A DNA stretch of 64,000 nt from assembly GCA_003452915.1 (NCBI GenBank), contig DMMZ01000042.1, positions 22,482 through 86,481 on the forward strand, in the 5' to 3' direction. The translations under genes and the position numbers were made by a program. Each line of letters begins with the position of its first letter. Position 1 is the stretch's first letter. The notes under the pieces are model-generated. The model was not told the origin of the DNA. It saw only the letters and a list, made by a program, of their open reading frames with translations, and searched no databases. Shown here in pieces: positions 55,576 through 64,000 of the stretch. Source of the stretch: Clostridiales bacterium. GTDB taxonomy: Bacteria; Bacillota; Clostridia; Oscillospirales; CAG-382.

Positions 55576-58203
55576 ATGGAGCCGTTGTCGTTGAATGTAT
55601 TACGTAAAAAATATCTTGATTTTTTTGTGAGCAAGGGGCATTTATGCCTTAATTCGTTTCCGCTTGTGCCGCAGGACGATAACTCACTTTTATTGATAAA
55701 TGCTGGTATGGCGCCACTAAAACGTTATTTTACAGGCGAACAGGTTCCGCCGAGAAAGAGGGTTACCACCTGCCAAAAGTGCGTGCGTACACTTGATATC
55801 GACAATGTAGGAAAGACAGCACGCCACGGTACTTTTTTTGAGATGCTCGGCAACTTTTCCTTTGGTGATTATTTTAAAGAAGAAGCAATTCCGTGGGCAT
55901 GGGAATTTTTGACCAAGGTGCTTGAAATACCAGAGAATTTGCTTTATCCCAGCGTTTTCTTCGAGGATGACGAGGCTTTTTACATCTGGGTAAAAACCGG
56001 TGTACCTGCAGAGAGAATAACCAGACTTGGCAGAGAGGATAACTTCTGGGAGATTGAAGGTTTTCCGTGTGGTCCCTGCTCGGAGATTTACTTTGACAGA
56101 GGCGAGAAGTACGGCTGCGGAAAACCCGACTGTAAAGTCGGCTGTAGTTGCGACCGTTATATAGAAATATGGAATATAGTATTCACACAGTTTGACAGCG
56201 ACGGAAGCGGAAATTATACCCGTCTTGCAAACCCCAATATCGATACTGGTATGGGATTGGAAAGACTTGCTTGTGTTATGCAGGGGGTAAATAACCTTTT
56301 TGAAGTTGATACAATTAAAAATATAATGCTTAAGGTCTGCGATATCGCAGGTGTTGATTATACAGGTAGCGAAAAGAAAAATGACGTTTCTCTGCGTGTT
56401 ATTACCGACCATATCCGTACGGCAACCTTTTTGATCAGCGACGGTGTTATTCCGTCCAACGAGGGCAGAGGATATATTCTTCGTCGTGTTTTAAGACGTG
56501 CGGCAAGACACGGTAAGCTGCTTGGAATAGAACGTCCTTTCCTTTCTGAGCTTTGCGATACAGTTATTACCGAAAGTAAGACCGCTTATCCCGAATTGAC
56601 AGATAAGCAGGAATATATCAAAAAAACAATTTCCATAGAGGAAGACCGTTTCCGTCAGACTATAGACGCTGGACTTAATATACTCGACAGAATGATTTCG
56701 GAATGTGGCGGCACTTTGTCAGATGAGGATATTTTCAAGCTATATGATACTTTTGGTTTTCCGATTGACCTTACAAGGGAGATAACCTCCGAGAGGGGAA
56801 TTGCAATAGACGAAGATGGTTTTACCGCTCTGATGAAGCAGCAGAAGCAGCGTGCAAGAAATGCTAGAGCACATCAAAGTGACATGAACTTGAGCGGTGA
56901 TGAGCTTGCTTTTATAGACAAGAGTGTTCCTACTGTATTCACAGGTTATACCGAAACAGAGAACGATTGTGAAATTATCACTATTATAAAGGGTGGAGAA
57001 CCTGCAAGCGAGCTTACAGGCGGAAAAGCTGTGTTTTTACTGGACAAAACACCTTTTTATGCAGAAAGCGGCGGACAGGTTGCCGATACGGGTGAGATTG
57101 TTACCGCAACAGGTGTTTTTGTTGTTGAAGATACTAAAAAGACACACGAAGGGCAGTTTCTTCACTTTGGACATATAGATTCTGGCAGAGTTTCACTTGG
57201 AAAAGCGACTGCAAAAATAAATATAGAACGTCGTGGTGATATTATGCGTAATCACTCCAGCGTACACCTTTTACAGTCAGCACTCCGTATGGTTCTGGGC
57301 AATCATGTTGAACAAGCAGGCTCATATGTGGACGATAAACGTGCAAGGTTTGACTTTACTCATTTTACTTCAATGACAAGCGAAGAGATTAACGAAGTTG
57401 AGCGACTTGTAAACGAAGAAATCCTTGCGGGCGACGATATTAATATCAGAGAAATGCCGATTGCAGAAGCTAAAGCAGAGGGTGCAATGGCACTCTTTGG
57501 AGAAAAATACGGTGACACCGTAAGAGTTGTAAAGATGGGCAGCTTTTCGACCGAGCTTTGCGGCGGAACGCATCTTTCCAACACCGCAAGAGTTGGTTTG
57601 TTTAAAATAGTTACTGAGACTTCGGTTGCCGCAGGAGTACGTAGAATTGAAGCTATTACAGGCAGATACACACTTGAATTCCTTAATAACCGAGAGCAGA
57701 TGCTTCAGACGGTAAAATCAGCTTTAAAAGCTAATAATATAAACGATATTACGGAAAAAGCAGTTGGTTTACAAGAAGAAGTAAAGCAGGTTAAAAAAGA
57801 ACTTGAGAACGCTAATCTTACCTTAGCACTTGTAAAAATTAACGAAGCTTACAGCAGTGCAAAGAATATTGGTGGTGTAAAACTTGTTACAAGCCGTTTT
57901 GAAGATATTCCGTCGGATGCGTTGCGAATAGCTGCGGACAGATTTATTGATAAGTATAAAAATTTGGTCTGTGTATTTGCAACCGTTATTGAGGGAAAAG
58001 TCTTGTTTGTTGCAGGATGTGGAAAAGAAGCGGTTGCTCTTGGTGCACACGCCGGTAACCTTCTTAAAGCGATTTCTCCGATAGTTGGCGGTGGCGGTGG
58101 TGGAAGACCAGACAGCGCAACGAGTGGCGGTAAGGATGCTTCCAGGCTTAATGAGGCTCTTGAAGCTACGGCTGATTTTCTTAAAAAGCAGATAAATAAA
58201 TAG
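55576..58203 (+). CDS. alaS: Alanine--tRNA ligase
   Basis: 875 aa with FFEMLGNFSFGDYFK, the editing-domain HSSVHLL...CGGTH, and a C-terminal DHHA1 domain with a GGGGGGRPD loop. Confidence 0.97.
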   Translation: MEPLSLNVLRKKYLDFFVSKGHLCLNSFPLVPQDDNSLLLINAGMAPLKRYFTGEQVPPRKRVTTCQKCVRTLDIDNVGKTARHGTFFEMLGNFSFGDYFKEEAIPWAWEFLTKVLEIPENLLYPSVFFEDDEAFYIWVKTGVPAERITRLGREDNFWEIEGFPCGPCSEIYFDRGEKYGCGKPDCKVGCSCDRYIEIWNIVFTQFDSDGSGNYTRLANPNIDTGMGLERLACVMQGVNNLFEVDTIKNIMLKVCDIAGVDYTGSEKKNDVSLRVITDHIRTATFLISDGVIPSNEGRGYILRRVLRRAARHGKLLGIERPFLSELCDTVITESKTAYPELTDKQEYIKKTISIEEDRFRQTIDAGLNILDRMISECGGTLSDEDIFKLYDTFGFPIDLTREITSERGIAIDEDGFTALMKQQKQRARNARAHQSDMNLSGDELAFIDKSVPTVFTGYTETENDCEIITIIKGGEPASELTGGKAVFLLDKTPFYAESGGQVADTGEIVTATGVFVVEDTKKTHEGQFLHFGHIDSGRVSLGKATAKINIERRGDIMRNHSSVHLLQSALRMVLGNHVEQAGSYVDDKRARFDFTHFTSMTSEEINEVERLVNEEILAGDDINIREMPIAEAKAEGAMALFGEKYGDTVRVVKMGSFSTELCGGTHLSNTARVGLFKIVTETSVAAGVRRIEAITGRYTLEFLNNREQMLQTVKSALKANNINDITEKAVGLQEEVKQVKKELENANLTLALVKINEAYSSAKNIGGVKLVTSRFEDIPSDALRIAADRFIDKYKNLVCVFATVIEGKVLFVAGCGKEAVALGAHAGNLLKAISPIVGGGGGGRPDSATSGGKDASRLNEALEATADFLKKQINK

Positions 58204-58215
58204 GAGATATGAATT

Positions 58216-58554
58216 ATGGATTGTATCTTTTGTAAAATAATAAACCGAGAAATTCCGTCAAAAAAGGTCTATGAGGATGAGGATGTGTATGCCTTTTACG
58301 ACATAAAACCGCACGCACCCGTTCATGTGCTTGTTATTCCGAAACAGCATATTGACTCAATAAATGCGGTTGATGAAAGTAATATTGAGATTGTGAGCAA
58401 GGTATTACTTACTATTCCGAAAATTGCTGATTCGTTAGGACTTAAGGACGGTTACAGAGTTATAAGCAACTGTGGTGAGGACGGCGGTCAAACTGTTTTG
58501 CACCTCCATTTCCATATTCTTGGCGGTAAAAAACTGCACATTCATTTAAGCTAA
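58216..58554 (+). CDS. HIT (histidine triad) family protein
   Basis: CIFCKII N-terminus and the HLHFHILGG histidine triad. Confidence 0.9.
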   Translation: MDCIFCKIINREIPSKKVYEDEDVYAFYDIKPHAPVHVLVIPKQHIDSINAVDESNIEIVSKVLLTIPKIADSLGLKDGYRVISNCGEDGGQTVLHLHFHILGGKKLHIHLS

Positions 58555-58562
58555 GGAGTTTA

Positions 58563-58600
58563 GTCTGAAAGAAATTCTTTCAGACACGGTTTTGTGCTTT
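58563..58600 (+). terminator. Rho-independent terminator after the HIT gene
   Basis: gtctgaaag / ctttcagac stem with a 5-nt loop, followed by acggttttgtgctttt. Confidence 0.6.
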
Positions 58601-58693
58601 TGACTTTAAAGGAAAGTCAATCCTGCTTCGCAGGAACAGTACAATTCCCGCTATCGGCGTATCCGCCGAGGAAAGGTATGGCTATAAAATATA

Positions 58694-59290
58694 ATGTCAT
58701 TTTCAATGAATATAAATCCTGTTGAATATAAGGAATACCCTCTCGAAGTGGCAGGAGTAAAGAGAAATCTTCCAATATGTAAGGTGAACGACAACCTTTA
58801 CATAGCTGCTTTTGTAATTTTTGGCGATGTAGAGTTGACAAAAGCGTGTGCAACCGAGCTTGTAAAGATGCTGCCAGAGCATGATGTTCTTATAACCGCA
58901 GAGGCAAAAGGAATACCGCTTATATACGAGATGGCACGTCAAATCAATGCAAAAAGGTATTTGATAGCGAGAAAATCACCAAAACTGTATATGAAAAACC
59001 CTAGTGCTGTTGAGGTACAGTCGATAACGACCTCAAAAATACAAACCCTTTATATAGACAAGGATGACGCTGACTATATGCGAGAAAAACGCGTTGTTAT
59101 AGTGGATGATGTCATAAGCACAGGCGAATCGGCGATGGCTGTCGAAAAACTTGTTACCGAGTCGGGCGGTGTCGTTGCAGGAAGAATGGCTATTCTTGCA
59201 GAGGGTGACGCAAGTGACCGCAAGGATATAATATATTTAGAGAAGCTGCCATTGTTTTTTACCAACGGAACTATTCCCACAAAAAGCTGA
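58694..59290 (+). CDS. Phosphoribosyltransferase family protein (Apt/Xpt-like type I PRT)
   Basis: PRPP-binding motif VVIVDDVISTGES. The overall length and layout fit purine PRTases. The start is ATG 58694 or 58706. Confidence 0.7.
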   Translation: MSFSMNINPVEYKEYPLEVAGVKRNLPICKVNDNLYIAAFVIFGDVELTKACATELVKMLPEHDVLITAEAKGIPLIYEMARQINAKRYLIARKSPKLYMKNPSAVEVQSITTSKIQTLYIDKDDADYMREKRVVIVDDVISTGESAMAVEKLVTESGGVVAGRMAILAEGDASDRKDIIYLEKLPLFFTNGTIPTKS

Positions 59291-59322
59291 AAGGTATATT
59301 TATAATTTTAATAATCGGGCAG

Positions 59323-61542
59323 GTGTTACCGTTGCTTAAAAATCGAATTTTAGCAGGATGGATAATAGCTTTTACTATCGGTGTCGGCATCGGTTTATAT
59401 TTTAACGGTTATATAAGAATAGCTTTATTTGCTACAATAGGTGTGCTATGCGGTGTAATGATTGCGGCACACCGTTTTTATACTTATGACCTTAAAAAGG
59501 TTGCCACTATTTGCATGATAACTATTCTCGGAATGGCATATTCGGCAATTTACACTGTCTTTGTTTTCTCGGGTAGTGGTGAATATGTGGACAAAGAAGA
59601 TACGCTAACCGCAAAAGTAACCGATATCGGAATTTATGCCGAGGGTGGGTATTATGATATTTCTGTTAAAAAAAGCGATTTGGGCTTAGGTAAAGGTACG
59701 GGAGTCAGGCTTTATTACACAGAAGTTTTTAAGGAAACGAATACAGGAAGAACCATATCTATAAAAAGAGGGGATACACTTTCTTGTACGGTTAAATACA
59801 ACAAGCACAATAGCAACAGGCTTTATTCAAAGAACATTTATGTAATCGCAGAGGGAAGTATTGACAGCGTTATAACAGGCAGTGGTTTCTTTTATAATCT
59901 GAGAGAAAAGTCGGAAGAGGTAACCGACAATCTGTTTAAGGATTATACAGATGAGGTCGGCGCAATCTCCAAAACGTTGATTGTCGGGGAAACGGCGGAT
60001 ATGGACTCTTATGTTTATGAACTGTTCAGAAACGGCGGAGTGTCGCATTTGCTTGTAATTTCAGGTTTGCATATTACGATTATCGTAATGAGTTTATATG
60101 GTTTGCTTGAATTTTTTACTGTTCGAAGGCAGTTAAGAAGTGTTATTTGTCTTTTTGTTTTAATTGCTTATGCTTTTTTTGTCGGATTTTCGCCTTCTGT
60201 ATCAAGAGCTGTTATTATGACGGGTATTATGCTGTTATGTATGCTGGCGACAAGAAGGGCAGACAGTATAACCTCACTGTTCCTTGCACTTTTTATACTT
60301 TTACTGATAAATCCGTTTAACTTGTTTTCTATCGGTCTTGGTTTATCGTTTTTATCCTGTTTGGGAATATTGATATTATCACCATATATAATGCGTCCTG
60401 TAAACGGAAGGGCAATAAAAATAAAAAAGGTTTTAAGAATTTTATTAACCCCTTTAATCTATACTCTTGCCGCATCAATTTTCACCTTTCCGATATTGTT
60501 AGCCTTTTCAAATTCGGTGTCCTATATATCTCCTCTGATTAATCTATTTATTACACCGCTATATACATATCTTTTGATTATACTTATACCATGTATAACT
60601 CTTTTTGCGGTTATTGGGTCGGGTGAAGTTGTTCTTGCGTTCATCCCCGGGAAAATAATTACCTATTCATATCAGCTTCTGGATAGACTTTACGAATCGG
60701 ACACAGGAAGTTTTTCTTCGTATATTCCATATATGATACTGCCACTTTTATTTGCGTTAGCTGCGATACTTGCATTATGTTTATTAAGGCGAAGAAAAAT
60801 GTTTATAGCTTTAGGCATATTTTCACTCTGCTTTATGGCTTCAATAACCTTTTGCATAATAAATTTTAAAATTCAAAGTGATAAAAGTATAATTACTGTT
60901 TTAAACGACAGCTATACTTATAAATCACTTTTTATTGCTGACGAAAGTGAAAATATTTATTTTGAACTTGGCGGTAAAAGAAGTAATATTTCGACCGTTT
61001 ATAAGCATGGTTATTGCCGACTTGATTATTATGTTATGAATGATGTTACGGGTACGGACATAGTAAAGCTTGAGAGTGCGCTTGCACAAATCAATATAAA
61101 AACAATCTATATCCCAGATAAAGGTCAAGATAAAATCGATTTATATAAAAAAATAAAATTATTGGCAAACAGACATAATTGTGATATAATTAAATTTGAT
61201 ACTACCTTGTTTGACAATATTGGAAATGCTACGGTTATTGTTAAGAATAAGCGGGATAATGCACTTTCGGCGAGTTTTATTGCGACAATAAGCAAATCAG
61301 GGCAAAGTATAAGGGTGTATGGTGGAAAACCTATCGATTCTATAACCGAATACGGTTACAGCTCGGTTGTTATAATTCTGGAGAGCTTTGACAGCACCGA
61401 TTATAATATGAAAAGCGATTACCGTTGCATCAAGCTTTCTGATGAGAATAATACTAATGATAAAACATCCTATCTTTACGATAAATACCTGCAAATTTTA
61501 CTGAAAAACAAGGCAATAGAGGTGGACTTGAATGAGCCTTGA
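59323..61542 (+). CDS. comEC: ComEC/Rec2 family competence channel protein
   Basis: N-terminal TM helices plus an OB-like region. The competence core is GGVSHLLVISGLHITII...FSPSVSRAVIM. The C-terminal domain lacks recognisable metallo-beta-lactamase metal motifs. GTG start. Confidence 0.85.
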   Translation: MLPLLKNRILAGWIIAFTIGVGIGLYFNGYIRIALFATIGVLCGVMIAAHRFYTYDLKKVATICMITILGMAYSAIYTVFVFSGSGEYVDKEDTLTAKVTDIGIYAEGGYYDISVKKSDLGLGKGTGVRLYYTEVFKETNTGRTISIKRGDTLSCTVKYNKHNSNRLYSKNIYVIAEGSIDSVITGSGFFYNLREKSEEVTDNLFKDYTDEVGAISKTLIVGETADMDSYVYELFRNGGVSHLLVISGLHITIIVMSLYGLLEFFTVRRQLRSVICLFVLIAYAFFVGFSPSVSRAVIMTGIMLLCMLATRRADSITSLFLALFILLLINPFNLFSIGLGLSFLSCLGILILSPYIMRPVNGRAIKIKKVLRILLTPLIYTLAASIFTFPILLAFSNSVSYISPLINLFITPLYTYLLIILIPCITLFAVIGSGEVVLAFIPGKIITYSYQLLDRLYESDTGSFSSYIPYMILPLLFALAAILALCLLRRRKMFIALGIFSLCFMASITFCIINFKIQSDKSIITVLNDSYTYKSLFIADESENIYFELGGKRSNISTVYKHGYCRLDYYVMNDVTGTDIVKLESALAQINIKTIYIPDKGQDKIDLYKKIKLLANRHNCDIIKFDTTLFDNIGNATVIVKNKRDNALSASFIATISKSGQSIRVYGGKPIDSITEYGYSSVVIILESFDSTDYNMKSDYRCIKLSDENNTNDKTSYLYDKYLQILLKNKAIEVDLNEP

Positions 61543-62662
61543 TATATTTAAGAAAAGACTAAAAGAAAATAATCCTTGCGGAACCTATCTTTTCTACGGA
61601 AAAGAAGAATATACCAAGGATTTTTATGCTCGTGAGCTTAGAAAAAAGATAACTTTATCCCCTCTACCCGAGTTTAATTATATAATTTTTGATGCTGCGG
61701 TATCAGATCCCTCTGAGCTGAGTGAAGCAGTATTTTCGCTGCCGTATATGTGGGAATATAAGCTAATTGAGGTTAAGAACCTTGATTTGGCTTCTCTTGA
61801 TAGCGATACAGCCGAGGAATACAAAAGAGTTATTTCCGAACTTCCCGAGTATATCATACTTATGTTTCTTTTCAGAAGTGAGGAACTGGATGATGGTCTT
61901 GTAGAGGGAAATTTTTACGTAAAAAAACCAAAAAGCGAAAATACAAAATCCGATAGTATAGAAAACGATGATTCGGATAACGCCCAACCTGCTCAAAAAG
62001 GGAAAGGGAAAGGTATACGAATCTTTATAGATGCTATAAAAAAAGATGGCTTAACAATAAATTTCCCTAATGAAATAGGTGAAAAGCTGGAGAACTGGAT
62101 TTTAAAGCATTTTTCGGCAAGAAAAACTGAATGTGACAGGTCTGCTATACAAACGCTGATTTCATTATGTGGAAACGACATGTACACTCTTCACAGCGAG
62201 ATTGAAAAGCTTATTTGCAGTCCTGCACAGCGTCCAATTTCACAAGCTGCGGTGTTGCAATACTGTTGCCCTAACGAGAGTTATAAGGTTTATGAACTAT
62301 CAGATGCTCTTAACAGTGGTGACATGAAAAAGGTTAAGCAGATTTATGATAACCTTATAGAGAACAAAACAGACCCTTCTTTGCTGCTTGGTTACCTCTC
62401 GAAATGTTATTCGGACATGCTTATTATAAAAGCTGCTGTTGAAGAAGGGAAAAGCCACAGCAAGATAGCTCAAATTATGAAGAAAAACGAGTGGTTGGTA
62501 CGCAGAATAGCATCGGGCTTATCCCAAAAACCAAACGGTTATTTAGCTTATGCCTGCGAGGAAATTGACAGAGCAGACAGAAAACTTAAAAGATTCAGCG
62601 TAAGCCCATATCTGGTGCTTGAGATTTTATTATTCAGGATCGGTCTTTATGGAAGAAAATAA
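61532..62662 (+). CDS. holA: DNA polymerase III subunit delta
   Basis: YLFYGKEEY N-terminus, conserved position after comEC, and the LHSEIEKL / YKVYELSDAL segments typical of HolA. Confidence 0.8.
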   Translation: MSLDIFKKRLKENNPCGTYLFYGKEEYTKDFYARELRKKITLSPLPEFNYIIFDAAVSDPSELSEAVFSLPYMWEYKLIEVKNLDLASLDSDTAEEYKRVISELPEYIILMFLFRSEELDDGLVEGNFYVKKPKSENTKSDSIENDDSDNAQPAQKGKGKGIRIFIDAIKKDGLTINFPNEIGEKLENWILKHFSARKTECDRSAIQTLISLCGNDMYTLHSEIEKLICSPAQRPISQAAVLQYCCPNESYKVYELSDALNSGDMKKVKQIYDNLIENKTDPSLLLGYLSKCYSDMLIIKAAVEEGKSHSKIAQIMKKNEWLVRRIASGLSQKPNGYLAYACEEIDRADRKLKRFSVSPYLVLEILLFRIGLYGRK

Positions 62663-63254
62663 AATATATTTAAAATATCCTGTTTTGGTAGAGGGAAAAT
62701 ATGATAAAATAAGATTATCAAATATTATTTCTTCTACAATAATTTCTCTTGGCGGTTTTTCTGTTTTTAACGATAAAGAAAAGATGGAGCTAATAAGACG
62801 TTTTTCGGCACAAAAGAGTATTATTATTCTTACCGACAGCGATAAAGCAGGATTATTTATACGCAACAAGATAAAGGGTATGATATCCCCAGATAAGATT
62901 ATAAATGTTTATACTCCGCAAATACAAGGCAAGGAAAAACGCAAGGATAAGCCATCAAAAGAGGGATATCTTGGCGTTGAGGGAGTTGATGACGAGTTAT
63001 TACGTTCGCTTTTGATTCGATTTACCGATGACTCTAATAATGTGAAGGAAAACGGAGCAGAGGTCTCCAGTGCTGAGTTTTATACTGATGGTTTTTCCGG
63101 TAGCATTAATTCGGATAATATGCGTAAACTGCTGGCAAAAGAATTGTCGCTTCCGGAAAATATGACCTCAAAGGCACTTCTCGAAGCTATAAATATGCTT
63201 ATTCCACGAAATGAATACGAACGAGCAAAAGAATCTATAAAGGCAGGTAAATAA
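62649..63254 (+). CDS. Toprim-domain protein (RNase M5-like / DUF4093-type)
   Basis: VLVEGKYDK ... IIILTDSDKAG Toprim acidic motifs. ATG 62649 is preferred and overlaps the holA end by 14 nt. Confidence 0.7.
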   Translation: MEENKIYLKYPVLVEGKYDKIRLSNIISSTIISLGGFSVFNDKEKMELIRRFSAQKSIIILTDSDKAGLFIRNKIKGMISPDKIINVYTPQIQGKEKRKDKPSKEGYLGVEGVDDELLRSLLIRFTDDSNNVKENGAEVSSAEFYTDGFSGSINSDNMRKLLAKELSLPENMTSKALLEAINMLIPRNEYERAKESIKAGK

Positions 63255-64000
63255 AAATCAAATCAGTTGCATTTTATACATTGGGTTGTCGGGTAAACCA
63301 ATATGAAACAACAGCTCTTGCCGAGCTTTTTATAAAAAACGGATACAAAGTGGTTGACTTTTCGGAGAAAAATGACCTTTATATAATTAACACCTGTGCG
63401 GTGACCGCCGAGAGCGAACGGAAGAGTGCTCAGATTATCCGACGGGCATTAAAAACAGGTGGATGTGTTGCTGTTGTCGGCTGTTATTCTCAGCTTGATA
63501 ACACACTGGGTGGTATTGAAGGTGTATCTTTTGTAGGCGGTAGTAAGGACAAGACAGCGATTTTACATGCCGCAAACAGTCTTTTAAAGGACAATAAAAT
63601 ACACATTGTTGTCGACACCGATTTAAACGATTACGGCTACGAGCATATGGATATCGGAACCGAGCAAACAGATATTTTTTCAACCTGCAGAGCTTTTGTT
63701 AAAATACAAGACGGTTGCAACGGAAGATGCTCTTATTGCATCATTCCCAAAACGAGAGGTCGGGTCAGAAGCCGCCCTTTAGACGAAATTAAAGCGGAAG
63801 TCGAGCGGTTGTCTGCAAATGGATACAGAGAAATCGTTCTTACTGGAATTGAGACCTCCGCATACGACTTTGCACCTCTTTCCGAGCTTATCCGTAAGGT
63901 CGATAAAATAAAGGGGATAGATCGGCTTCGTTTCGGCTCTTTGTCCCCTAATAGTATAACAGACGATTTTCTTGCAGCAGCAAGGAATTCAGATTGTTTT
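63251..64000 (+). CDS. mtaB: tRNA threonylcarbamoyladenosine methylthiotransferase MtaB (3' end beyond the window, start codon unclear)
   Basis: Reads KIKSVAFYTLGCRVNQYE...INTCAVT...KIQDGCNGRCSYCIIP (UPF0004 domain plus the radical-SAM CxxxCxxC motif). The frame opens only at 63251, after TAA 63248-63250. There is no ATG or GTG before the conserved N-terminus. Confidence 0.85.
   Translation, partial: MKIKSVAFYTLGCRVNQYETTALAELFIKNGYKVVDFSEKNDLYIINTCAVTAESERKSAQIIRRALKTGGCVAVVGCYSQLDNTLGGIEGVSFVGGSKDKTAILHAANSLLKDNKIHIVVDTDLNDYGYEHMDIGTEQTDIFSTCRAFVKIQDGCNGRCSYCIIPKTRGRVRSRPLDEIKAEVERLSANGYREIVLTGIETSAYDFAPLSELIRKVDKIKGIDRLRFGSLSPNSITDDFLAAARNSDCF

Noticed and set aside
55717-56412. A 231-aa ORF antisense to alaS. 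Similar long antisense ORFs include 48051-48569 (172 aa, opposite tsf), 8072-8515, 1719-2147, 54500-54907, 52711-53193 and 46027-46290.
   Set aside because: Each lies entirely inside, and opposite to, a gene with an unmistakable conserved product. Their translations are low-complexity or Ser/Leu/Ile-rich, with no motifs and no RBS. They are typical shadow ORFs.
63435-63683. An 82-aa minus-strand ORF.
   Set aside because: It is antisense to the clearly conserved MtaB radical-SAM coding region, so it is a shadow ORF.

Overview
The window looks like a low-GC Firmicutes (Clostridia-type, spore-forming) chromosome: PolC, AddAB, spoIIR, spoIID and a SpoIIQ-like M23 protein are all present. Most of it is ordinary core genome. 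This includes dxr-rseP-ispG-polC, ispE, addB/addA, hsp20, galT, gltX-glnS, rpsB-tsf, alaS and comEC-holA-toprim-mtaB. All calls come from reading the ORF translations and the DNA by eye; no database or covariance-model search was possible.

The non-routine content is:
1. A decayed integrative-element hotspot lies directly 3' of tRNA-Leu(CAA) at about 32.3-35.6 kb. It holds a 3'-truncated serine recombinase bracketed by 264-bp direct repeats that start right after the tRNA CCA end. A third partial repeat copy, an orphan ORF fused onto an 85-aa Asd-like fragment, and an orphan gene 3' end with its own terminator are also there.
2. A clear yybP-ykoY (Mn2+) riboswitch with a terminator expression platform sits in front of a P-type ATPase that would otherwise be called a Ca2+ pump.
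3. The addAB operon is unusual. A frameshifted YjbR/MmcQ-like gene sits between addB and addA, and a small HIRAN-like ORF is translationally coupled to the addA stop.
4. Three accessory genes (GNAT-like, YjbR-like, SAM methyltransferase) each carry single-base homopolymer indels, while every long essential gene is intact.
5. Two large uncharacterised glycoside-hydrolase-like proteins lie next to the tRNA.
6. A five-gene minus-strand run includes spoIID, a SpoIIQ-like gene and a second SpoIID/LytB paralogue.
7. An operon encodes an aldo/keto reductase with an Fe-S domain, an ECF S component, a DUF1893 protein and a membrane protein.
8. An ECF sigma factor is paired with a beta-propeller anti-sigma protein.

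I saw no CRISPR array, rRNA, prophage or obvious defence system. I cannot point to one unambiguous novel multi-gene system. The tRNA-Leu island and the addAB accessory genes are the best leads.
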